Shown piece after piece: positions 1 to 10,478 of a DNA stretch of 64,000 nt. Below the pieces are notes generated by a model. That model did no database searches. It was given only the letters and a program-made list of their open reading frames with translations, and was not told the origin of the DNA. Origin of the DNA: Blastocatellia bacterium (GTDB lineage Bacteria; Acidobacteriota; Blastocatellia; UBA7656); contig CAVXWP010000009.1 of the NCBI GenBank assembly GCA_963765495.1, positions 672,001 through 736,000 on the forward strand, read 5' to 3'. A program made the position numbers and the translations under genes. Each line of letters opens with the position of its first letter. Positions within the stretch are counted from its first letter, which is position 1.

Positions 1-301
1 GGTGGCTTTTCTTATGTTGTCATTCATATAGTCAATCATTTTACATTTCACCTCTTAATCCGGGATTGGCTTAGAAAGATGGCTATCTTGTTGTGAGATA
101 TGTGTTCGCCAATCCTTCTCTTCACTTGAAATTCAGCCTTTCTATGTCAACGCGCGTCGAGCGGGCGGTCAGGGGTCGGTGGCGACATTTACGAAGAAAC
201 TCATTCTGTTTCTCACAATTTCCTCCTTTCACTGAATACCGGTCAGTGACAGTTGACTGGCTATGGGATTTGCTAGGATGACGGGCGATCAGATGTTGCG
301 A

Positions 302-928
302 TTATGGCACGTCCACCAGATAGCCGGACATCACGACAGCAGCACCGCTGTTGCTGTTGGCGACGCCACCAAGCACACTTGTGATGACAATCACCTGTGT
401 AGCTGGATCGGCAAAGACCTTCATCGGTTGCGCGGCCACGAAAAAGTCTGAGTTGTCTGCCGAGAATGGCCCCTGTAATTCCGGCACAAGGGTGTGGGCA
501 TTGGTCGAGCCGCTGGTTGTCGTTTGGATGCGCACCCACATCTTCGTTCCGGAAGTCGTGTTGATCGTCGCGGAAGCGAACTCAATGACAAGCCGCTTAC
601 CCGCAGGCACAGTGAGGGAATCCGAAGCCGTGAACGATCCCGCAGGTATGAGCGGATCCAACTCTCTCTGAAAAGGCTGCCTCGCCGGGTTATCCACGTC
701 GCGCACGGGCAGCGGCGAATTGAAGGCATTGCTGACTTGAACGGTCGGCGTATTCGTTATGCCTACGTTGCCGGCAACCGGCACAGGATTTGACTGCGTA
801 TTCACCACCACAACATCTTTATCGGGTGGCGGCGCGGCGTGCGAGGCACGTGAGTCTGACAATACCAGCGAGCCGATGAGGATCGCGAAGACAATAGCCG
901 CGAAAAGGTAATTTTTGAAGTTTTTCAT
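302..928 (-). CDS. Secreted hypothetical protein
   Basis: ORF 302..982; likely start MKNFKNYLF at 928 after AAAGGAG; signal peptide (FAAIVFAILIGSLVL...ASHA); beta-rich mature part. Confidence 0.7.
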   Translation of the reverse strand: MKNFKNYLFAAIVFAILIGSLVLSDSRASHAAPPPDKDVVVVNTQSNPVPVAGNVGITNTPTVQVSNAFNSPLPVRDVDNPARQPFQRELDPLIPAGSFTASDSLTVPAGKRLVIEFASATINTTSGTKMWVRIQTTTSGSTNAHTLVPELQGPFSADNSDFFVAAQPMKVFADPATQVIVITSVLGGVANSNSGAAVVMSGYLVDVP

Positions 929-1036
929 TTCGAGTTCTCCTTTTTTGATGTGAAGCCCACGACGGCGTATGCGATAAGCCATCCGTTGATCTTATTCATT
1001 GCGTGACCCCTATTGATCGAATCAACCGGCGACCAT

Positions 1037-2563
1037 CTACTGAACCTCGACGGTTACGGTTGCGGTTCCCACCCGACCTGAGTCATCCATTCCGGTAAAG
1101 GTAAGTGGGAAGTGTCCTACCTGCGCATCGCCTTTGATCTTCAATTTGAAAGTTATGGTCGCATCGCCCGTCTTTATGGGTGCCGGAGGTTTGACTTTTA
1201 TACCGACCGGCAGTGTGTCGGGTGGGGTGACGGTGACCTTGCCCGTGAACCCGCCTGTGCGGTTGATCATCACGTGGAGTTTCACCTTTGTGCCGCGCGC
1301 GCCGGTCACAGGGGATTCAGTGAAGGCGAGCGAGAACCCGGGTGCCGCGACATCGCCAACCGTATAGCGCGCAAGCGCCATCGAGGCTACACCGGTGGAG
1401 GGGCCGGTCGGTAGAAATGAATAACCGGCGAGAACTATTTTGCCGTCGGGTTGCGATACCAGGGCGCTCGCATTGTCGCCCAATCCCGAGAAATCCGTGG
1501 TAACTTTGCCGCCCGCGCCGAATGTTGTATCGAGGCTGCCGTCGGCGTTGTATCGAATAAGCACGAAATCGCTTTTGCTGAATGCGCCAGCGGCAAAGGT
1601 CAAACCAGCGAGTATGATCTTTCCATCCTTGCTCAGTGCGATTGCGTTCGCGCGGCTTTGCTGCCCGAAGAAGTCTGTAGTCACTATTCCGCCGCTGCCA
1701 AAACTCTGATCGAGGCCTCCGTTAGCGTTGTAGCGGACGACCACGGCCTCCTCCATTTCTTCGTTGGGTGCGAGATTGGCCGAGCCGGCGGCGAGTATCT
1801 TTCCGTCGCTTTGAATTGCGAGAGCATTAAGGCTATCTGGATGGCCAAAAAGGTCTGTAATGACTCTGCCGGGAACGCCGGAAGGGCCGAAACTTCCATC
1901 CTGAAAGCCGTTCGCATTGAGCCGCGCCAGTTCGAAGTCACCAGATTCGTCGCTGTTCTGGTCGTAACCGCTTCCCTTTATGAGCAGTCGCCCGTCCGGC
2001 AGTACCGCTACTGCCGTTGCAACATCTGCATGGCCTGAGTAGTCTCCCGACATCTTTCCGCCGTTGCCGAAGCTCAGGTCGAGGCTCCCGTCTGCGTTGT
2101 AGCGGGCGATGGCAAAGTCTGCGGACTCATTAGTGGAGCCACCTCTTCGAGCATAGCCCGCCACCACGATTCGCCCGTCAGGTTGAAGGGCTACGGCATC
2201 GGCGGAATCGCCGCTTCCGTAGAAATCGGTAATCACGGTCCCGCCAGTGCCAAAGCTCGAATCCAGCGTCCCGTCGGAGTTGAAACGCGCGACGGCGAAG
2301 TCACCGGCGGCGTTTGAGACATCCCCTACTACGATTAGCTTGCCGTCCGGCTGAACGGCCAAAGCCCTACCGAAAGCCTGTAACCCGGAAACATTTGTAG
2401 TTGCTTTGCCGCCGTTGCCGAAACTGGGATCGAGACCGCCGGGGGCGGCTTCCGCTTCCACCTCTTGCGCTTGCGCAGAAAGTCGGCTCGATAGATTCAG
2501 GGGTATAAACAAGGCGGCGATCAATAACGCGATCAGGGTTGTTCGATTCTTCTTGCTTCTCAT
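1037..2563 (-). CDS. Secreted delta-60 repeat (DUF5122-type) beta-propeller protein with C-terminal Ig-like domain
   Basis: Repeated LAxQPDGKIVxAG...RYNADGSLDxSFGxGG units; signal peptide from MRSKKN (2563). Confidence 0.85.
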   Translation of the reverse strand: MRSKKNRTTLIALLIAALFIPLNLSSRLSAQAQEVEAEAAPGGLDPSFGNGGKATTNVSGLQAFGRALAVQPDGKLIVVGDVSNAAGDFAVARFNSDGTLDSSFGTGGTVITDFYGSGDSADAVALQPDGRIVVAGYARRGGSTNESADFAIARYNADGSLDLSFGNGGKMSGDYSGHADVATAVAVLPDGRLLIKGSGYDQNSDESGDFELARLNANGFQDGSFGPSGVPGRVITDLFGHPDSLNALAIQSDGKILAAGSANLAPNEEMEEAVVVRYNANGGLDQSFGSGGIVTTDFFGQQSRANAIALSKDGKIILAGLTFAAGAFSKSDFVLIRYNADGSLDTTFGAGGKVTTDFSGLGDNASALVSQPDGKIVLAGYSFLPTGPSTGVASMALARYTVGDVAAPGFSLAFTESPVTGARGTKVKLHVMINRTGGFTGKVTVTPPDTLPVGIKVKPPAPIKTGDATITFKLKIKGDAQVGHFPLTFTGMDDSGRVGTATVTVEVQ

Positions 2564-2676
2564 AACTTCCGTCCTTTCGTCTTGCAGACGATCAGTAAGT
2601 AAATAGAGCCACAATGTGTTTGTGGTTGCCGCTGAAAGGCGCGGCCGCGCAGTTTGCCGCGCCTGCCGATGGCCGG

Positions 2677-3216
2677 TTATTGCGCGCCGGGCGGGTCGGG
2701 CTGCGGGTTGAAGCCGCGAATGACTCCGGGGTTCAGCAGCGTTGTCCTTGCCGTCAGGTTGTCTATCACCTCAAGTGTCGGTATGCAGGGGTCAGGAGGA
2801 AGATTGGGATCGCCTGGCATCACGGTCACCACCGGGCGGAAAGTGAGCCGCGTCTGACCGCGCTCGATGTAGTTATCGCCGTTGATTTGCAGGAAGGCTG
2901 CGTGGCCCGGTTGCAGCGTCACCTCGCGCTGCACCGGCTGGCCTGCATTATTGATGAGCACGTTGCCGTCGGCGTCAACAAACGACATCGTCACACGGCA
3001 GGGATCGGGCGGGAACAGAGGATTATCTGGAGACGATACGTTGGCAACATTGATACGGGCCGTCTGGCCGCGCGCGATGCCGAGTATGCCGAACTGAACG
3101 GCAGACTGAGTCTGGATCTGGTTTTGGGCCCGCACGTGAATACCTGCGCACACAACGCCAATGATTAAACAGGCGATTGTGGCCAGCACCGTAAATTTCA
3201 TCTTTGAGTTTTTCAT
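2677..3216 (-). CDS. Secreted hypothetical protein with C-terminal GFNPQPDPPG tail
   Basis: 179-aa ORF with RBS, signal peptide ending VRA-Q, two PPDPC motifs, Pro-rich tail. Confidence 0.75.
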   Translation of the reverse strand: MKNSKMKFTVLATIACLIIGVVCAGIHVRAQNQIQTQSAVQFGILGIARGQTARINVANVSSPDNPLFPPDPCRVTMSFVDADGNVLINNAGQPVQREVTLQPGHAAFLQINGDNYIERGQTRLTFRPVVTVMPGDPNLPPDPCIPTLEVIDNLTARTTLLNPGVIRGFNPQPDPPGAQ

Positions 3217-3680
3217 GACTTTCTCGCTCTCCTTTCACTGATGGAAGCGTTAAATGTCTGCCCGCGCTGGCCGGGAGGAAACCTCCGCGCGGAATCGGTT
3301 GCTAAAATTCCCACAGGTCTGCACCGTCAGAAAACCGATTGCGACAACGATTTGAGTCATCTTTCCGTCGTTCCATTTTTGACCGCTTTTTCTTCTTCAC
3401 GGTTGATAAAGATGGGAAGGTCGCAGGCATATTACCTGCGGCTAATTTTTTTTTGCGAGAAGCAAGCGCTAAAAAGCCAGGGGCATGTCCAGCCGGATGC
3501 TTTTGACTTCCCTCGAAACTTGCGCCACAATTTGGTTGCCTTCCGAGAAGATATTTCGAATTCGATTTCATTGCGCGTCTCAAGGCGATGAAAACCTCAC
3601 CAGATGCGGCGCAATGTATAACGCGGCTCAACGCAAGCCGCTCGCGCAAGCCACAATTTCGCTTTGAAAATGGGGGTCTT

Positions 3681-6600
3681 ATGATTGATTCAAATAGGCT
3701 CCGGTCACGAATCCTGCTTGTGATCTTTTGTCTTTCATCAGTCGGTTTATCTCAAGATCAATCGCGCCCGCAGACCTCGACCACCGACGAAGCCGCGTTG
3801 CGCGCCGTCGCCCAACAATTCTTTGCCGCTTATGCGAAGAAGGATTTGGAGGGCTTCACAGGGTTGTGGAGCGCGAAATCCCCGGAGATCCAAGCGCGCC
3901 GCAAGGTGATGGAAGAACGCTTTGTGGGTATCGAAAAGATCGAGCTAAAAAGCCTGGCCTTCCGCGATCTGACGATAGAGGGCGACAAGGCTCGCGTGCG
4001 CGTCATGGTCGAGATGAACGCGCTCGATTCGAAAACGGGCAAGGCGGCTGCCGGTTTCGGCAAGATGAATCGCTCGCTCGAATTCATCAAGGAAAGCGAC
4101 GGATGGGAGGTCTGGCGCGAGTCATCATCGGAAGAGGAACTGGCCTCGGCACTCGTTGCGACGAAGACCGACGAGGAGCGAACAAAGCTGCTGGCAGTGG
4201 AAAAGGATCTTGTGGATGTCGAGTTGTGCAATGCGCTGAGCGAGCTTGGCACACAGCAGAGAGCGCAGAGTCAGTTTGGCGAAACGATCCGCACTTTTAC
4301 TCTGCTTGAGCGACTGGCCGAACAGATCGACTATAAGCTCGCGATTGCTTTCGCAGAGCGGGGGCTTGCCATTTCTCACGCCGAGCTTAGCGACTACGGC
4401 TCGGCATTGGAGAATTTCCAAAAGAGTCTGGCGATTGTCGAAGAACTCGGCAGCAAAATACAGATCGCCTCCAACTTAAACAACCTCGGCATCGTTTATC
4501 GTCGGCAAGGCAACTACAACAGGGCGTTGCAGTACTTTCAAAAATCCCTGGCGATAAGCGAGGCGATTGCTGACAAGGGAGGAATCGCCCTGACAATGAA
4601 TAACATTGGATCTGTTTATTACTTTCAGGGCAACAGCACTCTGGCGATGGAATACTATCAAAAGAGCCTCGCGATGAAGGAGGCCCTGATCGGTGCGGCC
4701 CCCCGTTCCAACGGCATGCTCATTAGCATTGGTAGCACGCTCACCAATATTGGCAATGTTTACGATTCGCAAGGTGATTACACGAAGGCGATTGAGTATT
4801 ATCAGAAGGCTCAGGCTCAGGATGAGCAGGTTGGTGACAAAGTAATGTTGGTTAATACTCTCAACGATCTTGCCACTGCAAACGTTATGCAAGGAGACTT
4901 CCAGAGTGCGACAGAGAATTACCAGAAGAGCCTTGCTCAGGCTGAATCCATCGGCTTCAAATTCGGGGTTGGCGAGGCGCTGGGCAACATCGGCTCTTTG
5001 AACATCAAACAGGGCGACTACAAAAAGGCATTGCAATTAGCCGAGCGCGCTGCCGCTATTGACAGGGAAGGAGGGTTACGCGAAAACCTGTGGCAGGCCC
5101 TCACCGTCGTCGGTAAGGCTCATCGCGCATTGAACCAGCCGGATCAGGCCCGTTCAGCTTTTGATGAAGCCATCGCCACGATTGAATCAATTCGCGCCGA
5201 TATCATCGGAGGAGAGCAGGCCGAGCAGGGTTACTTTGAAGACAAGCTCTCGCCTTATCAAGCGATGGTTGATCTGCTGGTCGCCGAAAGCAGGAACGAC
5301 GAGGCGCTCGCCTACGCCGAACGCTCCAAAGCGCGTGCGCTGCTGGATGTGCTCAACAGCGGCAGAATCAATGTTACCAAGGCGATGACCGTCGGCGAGC
5401 AAGATCAGGAACGCACGCTCACGGGCAGGTTGTTTTCACTCAACTCTCAGATCACGCGCGAGGGCGCAAGCCCTCAATCCGACCCTGCGCGACTGGCCGC
5501 GCTCAAAGCCGATCTGCAAAAGGCCCGCCTCGACCACGAAGCCTTTCAGGCCACGCTCTATGCCGCGCATCCCGAATTAAAGATCAGGCGCGGCCAGGCC
5601 CAACCTGTAACCATGCAAGAAGCCGCCGAGCTTTTGCCCGATGCGCATAGCGCGATGCTTGAGTATGTGGTCACCGATGACAAGACCTATCTGTTTGTGC
5701 TGACGCGCGAAACGGGGGCGGACGGAGGCGCGAAGAGCGTTGCCGTGACTTCTCCGACCCCTGCACTGAAGGTGTACACACTCGACATAAAGCGCAAGGA
5801 TTTGACGGACCGCGCAGAGGCCTTTCGCCAACAACTGGCCCTCCGCGATCTGCGATTCAGCCAGTCGGCCCGGGCTCTTTATGACCTCTTGTTGAAACCG
5901 GCGCGCGCGCAATTGCAAGGCAAAAACCAGTTGATCATCGTGCCTGATGCGGCGCTGTGGCAGCTTCCGTTTCAGGCCTTGCAGCCAGCATCGAATCGCT
6001 ACCTGCTCGAAGATGCCGCCATCGCTTACGCGCCCTCGTTTACGGTGTTGCACGAGATGACGAAGCTTCACAAAAGAGCAACGCCCGACGCCCCTGCCTC
6101 TTTGACACTGCTCGCCATCGGCAATCCGGCGCTCGGTCGTCAGACCCTCGAACGCCTCAGGGTAGCAAATCGAGATGAGAAGCTTGACCCGCTGCCCGAA
6201 GCCGAAAAGGAAGCGCGCACGCTCGGGCAGTTGTATGGCTCAGATCACAGTAAGGTTTATATCGGCAGCGAAGCGCGCGAAGACCGCGTAAAAGCGGAAG
6301 CCGGGAAGTTCACAATCCTCCATCTCGCCACGCATGGCATACTCGACGATGCCAGCCCGATGTACTCACATCTGGTCTTGTCGCAAGGCGAAGGTGACAC
6401 GAGTGAAGATGGCTTGCTCGAAACCTGGGAGATGATGAACCTGGATTTGCAAGCCGATCTCGTCGTGTTATCGGCCTGCGAGACGGCGCGCGGGCGAGTG
6501 GCCGATGGCGAAGGAGTCATCGGCATGTCGTGGGCTCTGTTTGTCGCCGGGTGTCCGACGGCGATGGTCAGCCAGTAGAAAGTCGATTCCGCTAGTACTA

Positions 6601-6773
6601 CCGCTTTGATGCTGGCGTTTCACAGGCGATTGCAGAGTGAGGCGCAAAAGGCGAAGGGACGGATGAAGGTGGCGCAGTGCCTTCGCGAAGCGGCCATCGG
6701 ATTGCTGCGCAAGGGCGAACACCGTCATCCATTTTACTGGGCCGGGTTTGTCGTAGTCGGCGCAGGGTTCTAA
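3681..6773 (+). pseudogene. Signal peptide + NTF2/SnoaL-like + TPR + CHAT (caspase-like) protease with internal TAG at 6576-6578
   Basis: TPR array; CHAT motifs ILHLATHG and LVVLSACET; the frame continues 64 codons past TAG (KVDSASTT...HPFYWAGFVVVGAGF) to TAA at 6771-6773. Confidence 0.85.
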
Positions 6774-6781
6774 TCGGGTCT

Positions 6782-8047
6782 CTATCTCTGCCGCAGCGAC
6801 CTGACGCTGTGCAAGAGCCTCCGGGCAACGGCAGAATTGGGATTTGCGGCGAGAAGCTGTTTGAACTCGCGCTCGGCGCTATCCAACAAGCCCGCCTGTT
6901 TGTAGAGCGCGCCCAGAATCAAGTGTGAGTTGGTATAACTCTTTTTCGCTCGGTTCAACTCTTCCGCGCGCGTCTCGTCGAGCACCTTGAATCGCGCCTC
7001 AGGCGCAGGCGGCACAGGCGAGGTGATCTCTTTGCTGTCTTTGATGGCCGTCACCTGCCAGGAATAAATCTCGTTGCGTTTGAGGGGTCGTATGGCTGTC
7101 CATTCGGTCGCGGATCGCTTGTCGGAAGTGGCGACGTTGTTGAAATTTGAATCAAGAACATTGACGACATAACCGGCGGCACCCTTCAAGGCTTGCCAGC
7201 GAAAAGTAGGGCGGTCGGTTTCGATGAGGGTGCCCACCGGGCTGAGGAGCGCAAAGGAGATGCCTTCGCCGGAACCGCCCATCAACGTTCCGGCTTTGCC
7301 TATGAGACCGCGAAGCTCTGGTGAGAGGTCTCCCCGATCATTTATCAACGCTGCTCTAACCGCCTGCTGTATCGGCGGCGCAAGCCCCTCTATCCCGCTG
7401 AGATTCCCCTGCTTGTCCCAAACAACGATTCGGCCACCGTCATAAAGCTCCTGCGCCGTTGATGCGGGCAGGTCCGATTGCGCCTGTTGCAGTTCGGCCA
7501 ACTGCGCTCGTAATTCGTCTACCGTTGCGGCTTGCTGTTGCAACTCGTCATTTTTCTGTTGCGCCGCATCAAGCTTTGCTTGCAGATCGGCAACCCGGCG
7601 TCGTAGCGGCAGGATAGCTAACCAGACGAGCAATATTATTGCGAGCGTAGCACCTGCCAGTTGCAGCGGGATTCGATAACGCGGCTTTTGCCAGAAGGCT
7701 TTGAACTTCTCCCAGAAGGCGGATGGCGTGCGGGACGTAGCCGTTGTTTCGGCGGGACGTATCTCTTCCTGGAATGCCTGCAAGTCCTGCGCATCGGCTG
7801 CGCAGCTTGAGCAAATCTCCATATGACTTTCGACGATTTCGCGCTCAACCTCGTCGGCAGTTTGATCAACATAAGCCACAAGCTGCTCGTATCGTAGATG
7901 CGTTAACGGATCGCGGGCCTCGGCCTTCAGCGCGGTTCGCAAAGCTTTGAATGTGGCTTGCGTCTGTTGCGCTTCGCCGAGCATCTGGCGACACGACTGG
8001 CATACCTTCACGTGGTCAAAGACCAGTTGCAATTCCGCCGCACACAT
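6782..8047 (-). CDS. Anti-sigma factor-like protein: two zf-HC2 fingers, TM helix, coiled coil, DUF928-like periplasmic domain; native N-terminus probably lost
   Basis: HxxxCxxC twice (DHVKVCQSC, SHMEICSSC); TM LAGATLAIILLVWLAIL; LSPVGT..TDRPTFRW and YSWQVTA motifs. Confidence 0.75.
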   Translation of the reverse strand: MCAAELQLVFDHVKVCQSCRQMLGEAQQTQATFKALRTALKAEARDPLTHLRYEQLVAYVDQTADEVEREIVESHMEICSSCAADAQDLQAFQEEIRPAETTATSRTPSAFWEKFKAFWQKPRYRIPLQLAGATLAIILLVWLAILPLRRRVADLQAKLDAAQQKNDELQQQAATVDELRAQLAELQQAQSDLPASTAQELYDGGRIVVWDKQGNLSGIEGLAPPIQQAVRAALINDRGDLSPELRGLIGKAGTLMGGSGEGISFALLSPVGTLIETDRPTFRWQALKGAAGYVVNVLDSNFNNVATSDKRSATEWTAIRPLKRNEIYSWQVTAIKDSKEITSPVPPAPEARFKVLDETRAEELNRAKKSYTNSHLILGALYKQAGLLDSAEREFKQLLAANPNSAVARRLLHSVRSLRQR

Positions 8048-8246
8048 CTTCGACTTCCTGCAATCGCTCGCCGCTCGCGCCGCCAAAAGCAGGTTGCAGC
8101 TTGCGCCTGGTAATGCTCCTGAGCACCGATTCAGCCGTATGGGCTAAGAGAAATTCCAGGTGCCGCTCCGATTCCTGTTTATCTGTGGCTTGTAAATAGG
8201 GCAGCAGCAGATTATCTATTCCGGGCGTTGCTCCTTGGCTATTCAT
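8016..8246 (-). pseudogene. 5' fragment of an ECF-type sigma factor
   Basis: MNSQG..IDNLLLPYLQATDKQESERHLEFLL..VLRSITRRKL..EVEDVC resembles a sigma region-2 N-terminus; stops after 76 aa inside the anti-sigma gene. Confidence 0.6.
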
Positions 8247-8454
8247 CGACAGATCAACAAGCCTTTCAACAGGATACATTCATTTGTAGCACCCTTATCC
8301 AGACTAGTCGATGCGAGACGGATATCTGCTTTGCTCGATGAAGGGAACCGAAGAGCGAGAAAGAATCAGGCGGGATTAACAAGACTTACAGGATTTGCGG
8401 GGGGGGGGTCAGCCATCTCTCGGAAAATTTGTCAATCCTGTAAAAGAGATTCAA

Positions 8455-10023
8455 CTACGCGGTCAACTGATTGTATGCGCGGTGTATCAGAGTGCGAACG
8501 CGGTTGCGGCCCGCGGCCTTTGCAAAATACATGGCTCGATCTGCCATTTCGATCAGTTCGATTTTTGTCGAGGCCGAAGATGGATAAGAGGCGACTCCTA
8601 TGCTTGCGGTCACCTGTCCGATCTTCTCTACCGGAACCGAGGCTATTGATTCACGTAATCGTTCGGCTACCTCGATTGCCGATTCACGCCCGCAATCAGG
8701 CAATACAATTACAAACTCTTCACCTCCATAGCGAACACAAATATCGACTTCACGCACGGTTTTTCGCATTACTGAGGCTACGTGCTGGAGCGCCGTATCG
8801 CCTGCGCGATGCCCGTGCGTGTCATTGATCCGTTTCAGGTGATCGAGATCGAGAAGTATGAGCGATAGTTTTCCGCCGTTTCGGTCGCAGAGACTGATCT
8901 CTCTATCGAGTCGCTCTTGAAAATATCTATGGTTGAAGAGCCCTGTCAAAGAATCGGTCATCGCCTGCATCTGGACCTGTTGAAACAGACGCGCATGAGA
9001 GATGGCCACAGCCAGTTGATCCGAAACCGTCTTGACCATAAGTATCTCTTCGTTTTCCCAGTCGCGTTCCGGCGTATTGTCTTCGACTCTGAGCGACCCG
9101 ATAACGGTATTGCGATAAGTTATCGGCACTTCGATTGGAACGAGGGTGGTCGAATGGTTCTCATCGACGCGGATGGATGCGAGGCGCAATTGATTGTCTG
9201 CCTTTGATTGGTCGTCCTCATATGATTCTTGCGGGCGCTCATAGACGCTTGCGCTTTCAGGGTTTCCGTCCTCTTCTCGCCACAGCGCGAGCACGGCGCG
9301 ACGCGCATTAAGCGCGCTTCCCACCTCTTCAACCGCCGATTGCAAAATAGATTCTAACTCCAGCGTGCTTGAAATTGCCGAACTGATGCGATTCGTGGCC
9401 ATCTCTATCTCATTTTGACGATGCATGAGAGTAGTGAGTTTCGTGGTAAACGATAGCGCGAGCCTGAGCGACTGGCTATGCGGAGTAGAAGCATTCAACA
9501 AAGTTCCAAACCTCTGGCGTTCATCGGGCCATTGCGCGCTGATGCGCGCCAGCAGGTATTCGATGCCTGTAAAGATGACGTTTGGATCAAATGTCCAGAT
9601 CATCTCATAAGTCCTGGAACCATTGCTTGCTTTTTGAGGCAGTTCGTTTGAGGCCAGCAATGCGCAGAAACGGTTGTCCATTATAAGAACGAAAGGCCCT
9701 GTTTCGATATTATGATAATCACGCTCCTCAAGCAGGCACTGGGTATCATTGGATTCGCAATGCCAGGTACGGGACTGGCACTGCTGATCGCAACTAAATA
9801 AATAGAGGAATCGAGCTACACCTTTGAGCTTTCCCAGCCGTTCCCGTTCTCTGCTTGCATGGCCGTCAAGACACCGGCCCTCGACAACGAGTGCCGACAG
9901 GTTGTTTTCCGTTACTACGTCCTCGAAGTAACGGAGCAGACGCATCACGGTCTGCTCGTTGCACCGCACGGGTGCAAACTCTCCGCTATGCTGGTTTATA
10001 AGCCCATGATATAAGGAGTACAT
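8455..10023 (-). CDS. Diguanylate cyclase (putative DICT sensor, GAF, GGDEF)
   Basis: DSLTGLFN, DLDHLKRINDTHGH, RxxD I-site (REVD), RYGGEEF; GAF region; N-terminus resembles DICT (MIWTFDP). Confidence 0.9.
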   Translation of the reverse strand: MYSLYHGLINQHSGEFAPVRCNEQTVMRLLRYFEDVVTENNLSALVVEGRCLDGHASRERERLGKLKGVARFLYLFSCDQQCQSRTWHCESNDTQCLLEERDYHNIETGPFVLIMDNRFCALLASNELPQKASNGSRTYEMIWTFDPNVIFTGIEYLLARISAQWPDERQRFGTLLNASTPHSQSLRLALSFTTKLTTLMHRQNEIEMATNRISSAISSTLELESILQSAVEEVGSALNARRAVLALWREEDGNPESASVYERPQESYEDDQSKADNQLRLASIRVDENHSTTLVPIEVPITYRNTVIGSLRVEDNTPERDWENEEILMVKTVSDQLAVAISHARLFQQVQMQAMTDSLTGLFNHRYFQERLDREISLCDRNGGKLSLILLDLDHLKRINDTHGHRAGDTALQHVASVMRKTVREVDICVRYGGEEFVIVLPDCGRESAIEVAERLRESIASVPVEKIGQVTASIGVASYPSSASTKIELIEMADRAMYFAKAAGRNRVRTLIHRAYNQLTA

Positions 10024-10091
10024 TTATTAAGGCTTTTCTGGAATAAATTGGGTTGCTAATAGCGGGGACTATCATTAACGGGGACAGTTCG

Positions 10092-10119
10092 ATTTTACAC
10101 CCGGAAGAATCTCTGTCAA
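10092..10119 (-). promoter_or_regulatory. Sigma70-type promoter for the GGDEF gene
   Basis: Minus strand TTGACA-16 nt-TAAAAT. Confidence 0.55.
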
Positions 10120-10478
10120 TTCTTTTATCAATTCTTTCTTGTGTGTGAATCCCTACGCTGCAAGCATTTCGCAGAATAAACTGCCCCCCAGATCAACCCG
10201 GTGAGGTCAATCTCCAGATCATGTGTCTGGAAAGATGTAGTGTGTAATTTTTTCCGACAGAGTAGGAATCCCGTACAACCGAAATGACCTGTTATTTTCG
10301 GGCGGGCGGCGAAGTTCTTTAATTGAAGAGTTTAGCATATCCCTCATCGCCTCGCGTCCTGGCACAGTGTTCGCTACATTTCTCAGTACAGTTTTAAGGT
10401 GAAGATGCAGAGGAGGTTCAGCAGCAATCTGTGGATTATCCTTCATCTCGCAGGAGAATTTCTTTTGAGGAGAGCTAT

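Noticed and set aside
1-39. Possible minus-strand gene start MIDYMNDNIRKAT after GAGGTG
   Set aside because: Only 13 codons lie in the window, so it cannot be supported
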